A DNA stretch of 64,000 nucleotides from Octopus vulgaris (Eukaryota): NCBI GenBank assembly GCA_951406725.2, contig OX597819.1:48794001-48858000 (forward strand). Direction: 5' to 3'. The notes beneath the pieces are model-generated. The model was not told where the DNA came from and did no database searches. It was given only the letters and a program-made list of their open reading frames with translations. The position numbers were made by a program, and so were the translations under genes. Positions 15,170-27,114 of this stretch are shown here, one piece after another (positions within the stretch are counted from its first letter, which is position 1; every line of letters starts with the position of its first letter).

Positions 15170-15511
15170 TATACTCCATTGCTTTTTGGGGGATTTATGA
15201 TTTACTGACGATTTTTATGTGTATGTGTATATGTGTATGTATATATATATATATATATATATATGCATACATGCACACATACAAATACATACACACATGT
15301 ATACATACATACATATACATACATTCATATACATATAGGAATTCCTAAATTGTCCAAAACAAAAATATATATACACACACACACTGAAAAACCTATATTT
15401 CAAAAAAGAAAACAAACATATATCCATGAATGTATATAATAGTAAAAGTGAAAACAAATATATATACTACAAAAATATTGACTATTTATGCATACATACA
15501 TATATATACAT

Positions 15512-15561
<50 letters not shown>

Positions 15562-15715
15562 CATAAGGGACTAAAGCCATCTGAATATGGCTAGGGACAG
15601 GGCAGGGTGGTGGGGGTGTTACTGTTGCATTTAGCCCCAGGCGAACATCGACGTCACCAGAAAGGCTCGACACCGTCACGGTGCCCTTAACCTGCAAAGG
15701 GAGGTAATTCCCGAT

Positions 15716-15789
15716 GAAGCGGAAACCACACACGGACCATGGTTTCAAGGTGTATTGCCTATCATCGGCGTGCGGTAGGCCTCCGCTTC
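15716..15789 (-). ncRNA. Type I hammerhead ribozyme, array copy 1
   Basis: Reverse complement of the 16491-16564 motif with one substitution at 15773; predicted cleavage 15735/15734. Confidence 0.7.
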
Positions 15790-16075
15790 CTCGACGAATT
15801 CTCCCTCTGCAGGATTTTCTTATATAGATTTTCAAGCAAAATACATTTGCTGATTTCGAAAATCTGTTCGAAAGCAATAATAATTCTCTAAAAGGGATAT
15901 AGACAGTAACTGCTCGATAACATAAGGGACTAAAGCCATCTGAATATGGCTAGGGACAGGGCAGGGTGGTGGGGGTGTTACTGTTGCATTTAGCCCCAGG
16001 CGAACATCGACGTCACCAGAAAGGCTCGACACCGTCACGGTGCCCTTAACCTGCAAAGGGAGGTAATTCCCCGAT

Positions 16076-16149
16076 GAAGCGGAAACCACACACGGACCAT
16101 GGTTTCAAGGTGTATTGCCTATCATCGGCGTGTGGTAGGCCTCCGCTTC
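16076..16149 (-). ncRNA. Type I hammerhead ribozyme, array copy 2
   Basis: Reverse complement of the 16491-16564 motif; predicted cleavage 16095/16094. Confidence 0.72.
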
Positions 16150-16490
16150 CTCGACGAATTCTCCCTCTGCAGGATTTTCTTATATAGATTTTCAAGCAAA
16201 ATACATTTGCTGATTTCGAAAATCTGTTCGAAAGCAATAATAATTCTCTAAAAGGGATATAGACAGTAACTGCTCGATAACATAAGGGACTAAAGCCATC
16301 TGAATATGGCTAGGGACAGGGCAGGGTGGTGGGGGTGTTACTGTTGCATTTAGCCCCAGGCGAACATCGACGTCACCAGAAAGGCTCGACACCGTCACGG
16401 TGTCCTTAACCTGCAAAGGGAGGTAATTCCCCGATGAAGCGGAAACCACACACGGACCATGAAAATCCTGCAGAGGGAGAATTCGTCGAG

Positions 16491-16564
16491 GAAGCGGAGG
16501 CCTACCACACGCCGATGATAGGCAATACACCTTGAAACCATGGTCCGTGTGTGGTTTCCGCTTC
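16491..16564 (+). ncRNA. Type I hammerhead ribozyme, inverted copy
   Basis: cacacg(16506-11)-CCGAUGA-u agg caauaca ccu u-GAAA-ccaugg-UC^cgugug(16546-51). Stem I extends via acca/uggu and gaagcgga/uccgcuuc; stem III is palindromic (accauggu). The core carries a U4C variant and a U-U at 10.1/11.1. Confidence 0.72.
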
Positions 16565-17362
16565 ATCGGGGAATTACCTCCCTTTGCAGGTTAAGGGCAC
16601 CGTGACGGTGTCGAGCCTTTCTGGTGACGTCGATGTTCGCCTGGGGCTAAATGCAACAGTAACACCCCCACCACCCTGCCCTGTCCCTAGCCATATTCAG
16701 ATGGCTTTAGTCCCTTATGTTATCGAGCAGTTACTGTCTATATCCCTTTTAGAGAATTATTATTGCTATATATATATATATATATATATTAATGTATTGA
16801 ATTTCGGTACACATAGCATATATCAACTTTCCCCATTCCCCACTTTCTTTTCCAAAAGAATTCCCCCACCATCCTCAAAAAGCCAATGTAAATATCCCAG
16901 AGGAAGAATGAAACACACCTGCTTGGGTGTGACTAACAGCCATCTGCTGATAAAGAGACAATAACAGAATGAATTCATTTCTAAACAGCTGCTGCTTGAC
17001 CAAGTTTCACTGAAGGGAAGACTACCAAAAGCTAGATGAAATTAAAAGAGATCATAGTGTAAACTAAGAGAAAAACGAACGTAAATGTCCTCAATTTACA
17101 AACTTTCCTTTGCCTTCAGCTAATCCGTGTATGTTTACTTGTGTACATGCATGCAGCATATTTAAAAGGTTGCAATGTGTGTATATTCTTCTTTCTAAGA
17201 AGACATAAATATACAGGCGTGTGTTCACACGTGTTCTAGTTTCATTCTCATAAATTGCATTGATGGAAGCCGTTTGTATATAAGAATGAAGAATGCACGC
17301 ATATCTTTGTATTAAGAAAGTGTTTGCTTAACTTTCAGACTTATTTCTTTTTAAAGTGGTTG

Positions 17363-17430
<68 letters not shown>

Positions 17431-17468
17431 ATATATACACATATATAATGATAATGATGATATATGCA

Positions 17469-17586
<118 letters not shown>

Positions 17587-18259
17587 AATTGTAATAATGA
17601 AATCAAATGAAATAATATTTTGACTTTTGACTTCATTATTCCAATTCATAGAACTTGATGCCAGCACAAACTGTACAGATTCCACTCACATGGTTATTCT
17701 AACAAGGATTCAGAGAAGTTTGGCGTTTATGACTAGAGTTGAAAATTCTCGTACTGTGCATTGCTTCTAAGCAAAACACGAAATTACTATCTCTTTCTCT
17801 CTCTATGTCTATGTGTCTGTCTGTCTATCTGTTTGTATGTATGTATGTATGCATGCATGCATGCATGTATGTATGTATGTATGTATGTATGTATGTATGT
17901 ATGTATGTATGTATGTATGTATCTTCCATTTTTTTAATTATTATAAATCTTTCACTGAGGAAGGAGCTGGTTTCCAACAAAGATACAAGGCTCCATCTTT
18001 GGGATGTAGTTAACACAGACAAATTCAGATTTGGAACTTGAGAAAAGTCTTGCATATATTTACTGTTCCACTCACAGATTGGACTTGTACAAATCAGCTG
18101 GTAAATTTCTTTTTCTGAAAATCCTAGTTTATCCAGATTCTCCTTTAAGCATTTACTAACAAAATCTAGAGCCTGTTGTTGAACAAAGTAGAATTATCTA
18201 AGTTATTGTCACAGATAAAAATAATGGAAATTTTGTTTCTGGTCTGGCAGCCTTTCAAG

Positions 18260-18945
18260 CAGTGATCCTCAACCATTTTTTTTGCTGAATGGCCCCTTTG
18301 ATTCGTATTGTTTTCAACTGGACTCCCATAACCATTCGCTGTATATATAAAAAGAAAATATATAACTCTTTTACTCTCTTTTATTTGTTTCAGTCATTTG
18401 ACTGTGGTCATGCTGGAGCACTGCCTTTGGTCGAGCAAATCAACCCCAGGACTTATTCTTTGTAAGCCTAGTACTTATTCTATCAGTCTCTTTGCCGAAT
18501 CGCTAAACACACCAGCATCAGTTGTCAAGCGATGTTGTGGGGACAAACACAGACACACAAACATACACACACACACACACACACACATATATACATATAT
18601 ACGATGAGCTTCTTTCAGTTTCCGTCTACCAAATCCACTCATAAGGCTTTGGTCGGCCTGAGGCTATAGCAGAAGACACTTGCCCAAAATACCATGCAGT
18701 GGGGCTGAACCCGGAACCATGAGGTTCATAAGCAAGCTACTTACCACACAGCCACACCTACGAGCATTTTTTAAAACTAAACATTATTAGGAAATGTGTA
18801 AAAGAAATGTTAAAATATTTTCTGTATTGTCGACGTATAACCAATTTATTGCACATAAATTTTAACAGCAAAATCTTATATAGACCCCGCAAAATCTTAT
18901 ATAGACCCCGCCAAAGGTCATGTGGAGCCTGGCTGAGAACCACTG
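18260..18945. mobile_element. hAT (Charlie-like) non-autonomous element interrupted by a SINE
   Basis: TIRs cagtgatcctcaacca / tggctgagaaccactg; 8-bp TSD ctttcaag/ctttaaag. Confidence 0.8.
18367..18757 (-). mobile_element. SINE family A nested in the hAT element
   Basis: Reverse complement of the 7175-7590 family. Confidence 0.85.
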
Positions 18946-18953
18946 CTTTAAAG

Positions 18954-19256
18954 TAGTACAACTCAAAGTAGTGGTCCATGGATCAGTGCCAGTCCATGAG
19001 CCATCAGCTGCCAGTATGCAGCAAGTTTCCAGAAAAGGAAGAAATATTATAAAATGCTTATAAAGTGCTTATGTAATTTTGTATTATTTGTTTAGAAAAT
19101 AAATACAAGATAAAAAGAAAAAGTCAACTTTTAGTATATTTATTATATATATTGTTTCCGATAAAAATTAATATTACTAAGAAATATTCCTGGTCCCCGG
19201 CACATTGGGAAAAAAAAACTGCCAGTACGCCACATCAGATAGTTTGAGAAGCACTG
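18954..19256. mobile_element. Second hAT-type MITE
   Basis: Degenerate left TIR tagtacaactcaaagt, right TIR agtttgagaagcactg; TSD ctttaaag/atttaaag. Confidence 0.7.
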
Positions 19257-20189
19257 ATTTAAAGTGACATGAGGAAGATGAGTGATGAATACATTATTTG
19301 TGATATCTTTTATCATTTATCTTTTAATTGTTTCAGCTATTAGACTACGGCCATGCTGGGGCACAGCCTTGAAGAATTTTTAGTTAAATGAATCGCCCCC
19401 CCCCAGTACTTATTTTTTTAAAGTCTGGCACTTATTCTATTGGTCTCTTTTGCCAAACTGCTAAGTTGTAGGGATGTGAACACACCAACACCAGTTGTGA
19501 AGGTGGTGGACAAGCAAAGAACAAAACACTCACACACACACACATATATATATATATACACACACACATATATTTATACATCTATATATATATATATAAA
19601 TGAGTGAGTAGACAAATGAAAGCAGTGCACTCAACACATTTTATTGGGAGTCACATCAGATGTATGGATCAAAACAGTTTGATCCATGTGTATATATATG
19701 CGTATGTATATATATATATACACAAAGACATACACACATATACAGACCCACACACACAAACACACACAAAAACATACAAACATGAACACATAGGCACATG
19801 GATATGTAGAATACATATATACATACAAACATGCACATATGCGCATATATATATATATATATATATATATGTGCATACGCACAGACACCTACATGCATAC
19901 ACATACATACATATGTGTATGTGCACGTACACTGACACACATGCATGTGCACAAACAAACAAACAAAAAATAACACAGATCCTATAATGGACAGAGTCAA
20001 TGACTATTGAAGAGGTTGCAAGATCCAACGAAAATTTTAGCAAAAATAAATAAGTAAATGAGTGGAAATCAGATCAGTGAGTGTATTAAATTAATAAGGC
20101 ACTAAAAGAGAATGACTCTCCCCAAATACAATAAAATATACTTCAACACACGAATTCACATAAAGAATCTTGCTAACCAAATACAAAAA

Positions 20190-20236
<47 letters not shown>

Positions 20237-20565
20237 TATATATTATATATGATGATGATGATATATATATTATATATACAGACATATATACAATTGTCTT
20301 CTTTCAGTTTTCGTCTACCAAATCCACTCACAAATCTTTGGTCAGCTCGAGGCTATAGTAGAAGACACTTGCCCAAGGTGCCACACAGTGGGACTGAAAC
20401 CAGAACCATGTGGTTGAGAAGCAAAATTCTTCTTTATCTTATGTACGTATGTATGTATGTATCTTTTATCTTTTATGTTTTACTTGTTTCAATTTTAATA
20501 ATGAAAGGCAAGGTTTATGATATTGGAAGAATATCGTCTTCTTCCATCATTCTTCTTGTTCTTTA

Positions 20566-20946
20566 AGTAGTTCAGGCTTCCGGCAGGCGAAGAGAAAAAA
20601 CTTCAAGCACAAATGCTATTTACAGCTGGTTTATTTACGAGAAAGGTGAAGTGTGTTGCTCTCAGCTACCATCTTAAGCTCTGATAGTGTGGGCGCATTG
20701 CCTCTGGAGATAGTCAGGCAGAAAGCCATAGCCAGTGGTGTTGTTCAGCCAGTGCTGCTGTGTTGTGATGCCAAAGAAGAGGCAGGTCCGAATCGGTTTT
20801 CCGTTTATATAGTTTCCATCGCAAGCCTCAGTGTGATCTCGCACATGGCAAATGGAATGCAGGTGAGGTCTCGCTCCAGTCTCGGAGATGGCAATGGGTG
20901 CCGCGAGATCTCATCCAATATGGCACGGGCTGCTTGTGCCACTACA
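20566..20946 (-). mobile_element. LTR-like GC/CpG-rich insert inside a SINE tail
   Basis: Minus strand starts TGTAGT, has TATATAAA (~20804-20811) then AATAAA (~20630), and ends actact (near-match to ACTACA). It interrupts the SINE sequence tacttgtttca|gtcattagactg. No TSD or PBS seen. Confidence 0.5.
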
Positions 20947-21187
20947 GAGTCATTAGACTGTGGCCATGCTGGGACACAACCTTGAAGGATTTTAGCAGAA
21001 TAAATTGATACTAGTAATTATGTTTTTTTTTAAAGTTTTGGTAGTTATTCTGTCAATATATTTTGCCAAACCCCTTAGTTACAGGGACATAAACAAACCA
21101 ACACTGGTTATCAAGCAGTGGTGATTGTGTGTGTGTGGTGGCAAGCACTGACACAAAGACACACTCACACTGATATATACATATATA

Positions 21188-21220
<33 letters not shown>

Positions 21221-21279
21221 TGGTAGTGGTAGTGGTAGTAGCAGCAGCAGCAGCAGCAGTAGTAGTAGTTGTAGTAGTT

Positions 21280-21313
<34 letters not shown>

Positions 21314-22221
21314 GATTTTGTCTGTCTTAATGTTCTTAGTTTAAATTCTGCCAAGGCTGAGCCTTTCATCCTTTCAGGGTTGATAAAATAAGTTCCAGTT
21401 GAGTGCTGGGGTTGATGTAATAAACTTAACCCCTACCTCAAACTTTCTGGACTTGTGGCAAAATTTGAAACTGTTTCATACATGCACACACACAAATGAT
21501 GGGTTTCGATACAGTTTCTGTGTACTAAATTCACTCACAAGGCATTGGTTGACCCCCAAGCTATAGTAGAAGATACTTGTGCAAAGTACTGCGCAGTGGG
21601 ATGGAACCCAAAAATGCATAGTTGTAAAGCAAGTTTCTTAACCGCACAACCACGCCTGCATCTATTATATCGAGCTTAATTTTACATATTTTCATTAAAA
21701 AAATATATCAGGTTTAGTTGTTTGTTACCTGGTTGTATGTAGAGACATGGTAAAATGAAAATATTTTATTGCGTTAATTATTTAAAACCGGAGATTATAT
21801 ACTCTGGTTTCATGTGTTTTATACAAAGTTTGCTAGAATATTTATTGCAGAAGTTATCTGTCAAGATACATTTCACAAGCAGAATGTTGCTGACAAAAGT
21901 ATTTTATTTGCCTATACGAATAAAGAAATGCTATAACACTGTCATGGAATTATTCTGTTATTTGCTTGTATTCGTACTGTATCAGGGGAACATGCTTGTA
22001 TGGCTTTACACCTTCCTTATACATAACACATAATTGAAACTTTCATAGTCTAAACAGTAACTATACCTCACAATCTCTGAAGACTGTTCAAAGTAACCAA
22101 ATCTATTACATAGTCAAAATAATGTTCCAAAGTTAAGATGTCCTCCTTTTAATGCAGGAAAATAATTCAACTCTGACGAGCTGCAGGCCTTCTGTTAAGG
22201 CACTGTATGTTTATATGAGAG

Positions 22222-22395
22222 CACTAGCATAGCTATGAGGGAAGGTAGGGCAGTCGCAGTGATCTGCCCTGGGTGGCACTTTTAATGGGGCAACATTTTT
22301 GGGTCTGCTGTTGGCAATATCTGTTTTTCTGGGGGGTTCGGGGGTGGCAAGCGGAAGGGCCGCCATGGGTGGCACACACTCTAGCTACGCTAGTG
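22222..22395. mobile_element. hAT-type MITE
   Basis: TIRs cactagcatagcta / tagctacgctagtg; imperfect 8-bp TSD tatgagag/tgtaagag. Confidence 0.78.
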
Positions 22396-22640
22396 TGTAA
22401 GAGTACTGCTCACGTAAATGAGACTACTTGTTTTCTTCACTGAACTGCATCCATGCTGGGGCACTGCCTTGAAGGATTTAGTTAAATAAGTCACCCTCAG
22501 CAGTTATTTTTTAAGGCCTGGTACTTATTCTGTTGGGGTCTTTTGCTAAACCACTAAGTTACAGGGATGTTAACAAACCAACAGCACTTGTCAAGCAGCA
22601 GTGGGGTCAAACATAAAACATACACATAATACAGACACAG

Positions 22641-22677
<37 letters not shown>

Positions 22678-23064
22678 CAAGCTTCTTTCAGTTACAGAGT
22701 ATGAAACCACTCTCAAGGTTTTGGTCAGCCTGGAGCTATTGTAGAAGACACTTGCCTAAGGTGCCATGCTGTGAGACTAGGTGTAAGAAGATATATTTGA
22801 AAAGCAAGCTTCTCAACCACACAGCCATACTCACACCTGTGGTAAACACTTTCATATTATATTTGTGTACCCAAATACAAAACAATATTACCAAGATATT
22901 ATTACTGAGTTATTACATAAGATATTATTACTGAGATATTACATAAAAGATGCAATAATAATCTCACATAGGCTGACAATCAAGCGTTATTTCATAAGTA
23001 ATATAAGCTCAGGAATAGTTAGCAGTAAAAGCACTGTAAAAAGTCTTTCAACTGTCTGGAAGAC

Positions 23065-23600
23065 TTATTAAAGAAAACTGAAAGCTTCTGTTACTTGGGT
23101 GATCAAATCAGCAGTAGAGGTGGGTGTTACAAAAGCATAGTACCCAGAATAAGGATGGGGGTAGAGATAAAATGTCCAGGAAGCTATGGCTTCTATTGGT
23201 AACAAAGAGCTATTCTCTTTGTATAAAGAGCGAACTGTATGTGACAGTAAATGAAGTGTGATATAACATGGTTGTGAGACATGGGTGCTAAATGTAGAGG
23301 AAGGAACAGTAAGCATGTTTTGCATAATGTATGATTAAAGCATGCATAAATAACTGGGCCCAAATGTGCTGAGTGTACTAGTACAGAAATGTGATACATG
23401 TGAAGTATGATAGCTGAATGAAACAAAGGTTAGCCTATGGAAGTAGGAAGAACCTGCTGAAATGGACAGAGCTTGCAGAAGTAGAAGACCAAAATATGGA
23501 GTGAGGTCTGAACTCAAGATTTCGGCCTTCACAAAGGTGAAGACGAAAGTCTGTGACAAGTAGAGAGATGCTGCATTGAATTTGATTCGCCCAAACCATA
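23065..23600 (+). mobile_element. Old degenerate RTE LINE fragment
   Basis: Translates in pieces to ESFCYLGDQISSRGGC and HGCETW, homologous to DSFRYLGDQVSSGGGC...HGSETW of the 40798-41967 ORF. Confidence 0.7.
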
Positions 23601-24059
23601 CGGACATAGAAAAGAAAAGTGAACTTGGCAACAATGATACTGGTAGTGGTGCTAGCGATAGTGGTGGTACCAGTGGCCCTTCCTAAAACTGCAACTCTCA
23701 GGAAGACATTTTTGATCTTCAGACAAAAGTTTAAGAAGAACTTTTATGGTATTGACATCAGCAGTATGGTAGGTTTTAAAAAGATTTCATCCATTCTCTT
23801 TCTTATTTAGACTAAATATATACAAAATCTATTTGGAAATTGCTGCTTGCAGTGTTCAAAGAGTTAAGAAATTTTCATTCATAATTTTATTATTTTTGAG
23901 AACTGAAAGATAAAATTTTAATCAAATAGAAAAATATTTATCAAGGGACGACACTGTGCCGCCTAAAACTAAATATTTTTGTCAGTCAGTTTACCATGTA
24001 ATATTACTCCTGGCAGAAAGGAAAGTAGCACTACATACATACATACATACATACATACA

Positions 24060-24093
<34 letters not shown>

Positions 24094-24108
24094 CATACAT
24101 ACATGTAT

Positions 24109-24155
<47 letters not shown>

Positions 24156-24315
24156 TGTGTATATATATATGCATATATATATATATACATATATGTATAT
24201 ATGTGTGTATATATATATAAATATATATTTATGTACATATGTATTTATGCATGTACATATATATTTGTGTATATATATGCATATGTATACATATGTATAT
24301 ATATATATGTATATA

Positions 24316-24350
<35 letters not shown>

Positions 24351-24509
24351 GCATATATATGTATATATATGTGTGTGTATGTATTTCTGTATATTCATGT
24401 AAGTATATATATATGGATAGAATAGATATAGATATAGATAGATGCATACATACATACATACACAAACACATATGTACATATATACATATATAAATACACA
24501 CACATACAC

Positions 24510-24545
<36 letters not shown>

Positions 24546-24951
24546 ACATATATACATATAGGTATCTAGATATAAAATCGATCTGTCAGGTCAAATTATT
24601 TAGTTTTATAACAAGAAGTCTGTAGACATTGTTCTTGAGGCATTTCCTCTTGTTAGTTTTTGTTACTTTGTATTTTTTTAAAAAATGTTCTCTTCCTGCT
24701 TCTTGATTATATTGAATTTGGTGGGTCAGCTGAGCAGCAAGTATTGGAGATTAATACAATTTCTTTTATAGACTTTTGCTTCATATAGGATGTGATTTCA
24801 TTCCAGCCTGACAATTTTTCTTTGATTTATCTTATTCACAACAGTAATGAAATTGAAGCAATCGACTGCATATCAACAACTTGGTTGAAACAGACTGAAT
24901 CTATTTGGTTGTTTCTATGGCTCATGTCATACGAAAATTATAGATTCTTTC

Positions 24952-25025
<74 letters not shown>

Positions 25026-25644
25026 AAGAATGATGATGATAATAATGATAATGATAATAATAATAATGATAATAATAATAATAACTATTCTTTCTCTTCA
25101 TTTGCCATAAGGACTTATTCAGAGAACGCAATATACGTCATAAAAGGACATACATGATATGTGAGATGTACCTCGCCACACACACAACACACATATAAGG
25201 AACGAACACATTAAAAGTACAATATATATGAAAACATTAAAAATCTAAATGTAATAAATAAATACATATAAATAAAATATATATAGATATATATATCATC
25301 ATCAGCGTCATCATTATTTAACATCTGTTGTCCATGCTGGCATAGGTTGGACGGTTTGACTGGGCTGGCATGCTGGAAGGCTGCACCAAACTTCAGTCTG
25401 ATTTGGCATGATTTTCTATGGCTGGATGCCTTTCCTAATGCCAACCACTCCAAGAGTGTAATGGGTGCTTTTATGTGCTACCAGCACGGGTGCCATTTGT
25501 GTAACACCAGGGTGCATTCATGTGCCACCAGCACAGGTGCCAATTTACATGACACCGATATCTACCACAACTGTGATTTTGCTTGGATCTTCTTCTCAAG
25601 CACGATATAATGCCAAAAGTCTTTGTTATTGTCTCCATGAGGCC

Positions 25645-26224
25645 CAGTGATGAGAAGATCCGGCAAACCAAGTGAGACCATAACCTGTGGCCTATGCCAG
25701 GGGTGTAACCAGCCCACTTATGTGTACCTTTCCTTCATTGGATACTAAACTCTGCTTGCAAAGACCTGTTGAGGCAAGTGAAATTGAAATCAAAATCAAA
25801 TTTGATGACAACACTGCATGACTGGCATCCATGCTAGTGGAATGCTAAGAGCACCATCTGAGCATGATCGTTGCCAGTGCAGCTGACTGGTTTCCATGCC
25901 GGTGGTACGTAAAAAGCACCATTCGAGCATGATTGTTACCAGCATTGCCTTACTGGCACTTGTGCCAGTGGCACATGAAAAAGCACCATTTGAGCGTGGC
26001 TGTTGCCAGTACTGCCTGACTGATCCTCGTACTGGGGACACGTAAAAGCACCCACTACACTCTTGGAGTGGTTGGCACTAGGAAGGGCATCCAGCTGTAG
26101 AAACTCTGCCAGATCAGATTGGAGCCTGGTGCAGCCATCTGGTTCGCCAGTCCTCAATCAACTTGTCCAACCCATGCCAGCACGGAAAACGGACATTAAA
26201 CCATGATGATGATGATGATGATGA
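25645..26224 (+). mobile_element. 3' end of RTE LINE (5'-truncated)
   Basis: Matches the ORF end and 3' UTR of the 39983-42136 element; ends in (GAT)n. Confidence 0.8.
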
Positions 26225-26294
26225 TTTATATATATATATATAGAGAGAGAGAGATAGATAGATAGATAGCTAGCTAGCTAGCTAGCTAGCTAGC

Positions 26295-26356
<62 letters not shown>

Positions 26357-26519
26357 TAGATGTGAATAAAAACAGATGATGCCTATTCACTCACATATGG
26401 GTTAGAAACTATCCAGCAAGGTTGGATGAAGACACACGGTGATTCTGGTCAGCTTCTGCTCTGGACACTGCAATATGGCATTTCTGACATTACCTCTGAG
26501 CCATCTTCATTGCTGGACT

Positions 26520-27114
26520 AAGCAAGAAACATCCCCACATCATTTTGGCAGCTCAACTATAAGAAGACATGGTACCTACCAAGCAGAGAACTTCATTACA
26601 CCAAGTTCATTGTGTAGAATATTCTCAACTTCCCCATATGCTAATAGCATTGGCTATTTGATTTATAGCCAATCACTTCTCTTCCATTACCATCTGGTGA
26701 ACACATTCAATGTTTTTCTTGGTGATGGCAGTTGAAAGACTGCCAGACATCGAGTCATCTTCAAGACTCTCCATACCCCTCCTAAATTCAGTTGCCCACT
26801 TTTGCATTGTTGATAAAGCTGAAGCATCATCCCTTAATTTAGCAACCATGTCAGCATGAATGTCTTTGGGGGTTAAACTCTTTTTCTGCAGGTATTTGAT
26901 AACACCACGAAGCCAAATTTTGTTCACTTTCAAGAGAAGTTGAAATTTGCTACTAGTTACTTTTGAAGTCTTCTTTGAACAGTCAGATGTGATTTTATCT
27001 GGAAAGAAACAATACAGTCATTAATAAGAAGAGTCAAAATCAATGCATGCAAGATTTCACAGCTCTAGCATCACTCCTTCATAGTCAGCCTATGAACTTT
27101 TTGGCTCACCCTCA
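26520..27114 (-). mobile_element. Mariner 5' fragment with transposase N-terminus
   Basis: ORF 26673-26933 RGVIKYLQKKSLTPKDIHADMVAKLRDDA...QKWATEFRRGMESLEDD (mariner HTH). A TIR-like end is followed by TA at 27115-27116. Confidence 0.8.

Larger units (their letters stand above)
15559..16767. mobile_element. 360-bp tandem plus inverted hammerhead-containing repeat (candidate non-LTR retrozyme / Penelope-type pLTR array)
   Basis: 2.5 near-identical direct units (ggaaaccaca at 15721, 16081, 16441), then an inverted 307-bp copy at 16461-16767. Flanked on both sides by (TA)n. Confidence 0.85.

Noticed and set aside
16584-16660. Possible HDV-like or pistol ribozyme (ttgca...ggctaaatgcaa)
   Set aside because: P2/P3-like pairings exist, but there is no P1 partner, no UCC-type L3 and no pistol pseudoknot complement.
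15482-16964. ORFs of 63-137 aa over the 360-bp array (e.g. MVSASSGNYLPLQ...)
   Set aside because: They are repeated translations of the unit with alternative starts, have no recognisable domain and run into TA repeats; RNA structure explains the sequence better.
21188-21312. Poly-Tyr/Cys/Val ORFs
   Set aside because: Mosaic (GTA)/(GTG)/(GCA) trinucleotide microsatellite inside SINE sequence.
23956-24557. Long YIYI/VCVC/HTHT ORFs here and at 3723-4142, 12655-13256, 19604-20043 and 56528-56945
   Set aside because: Translations of TA/CA/TACA microsatellites.
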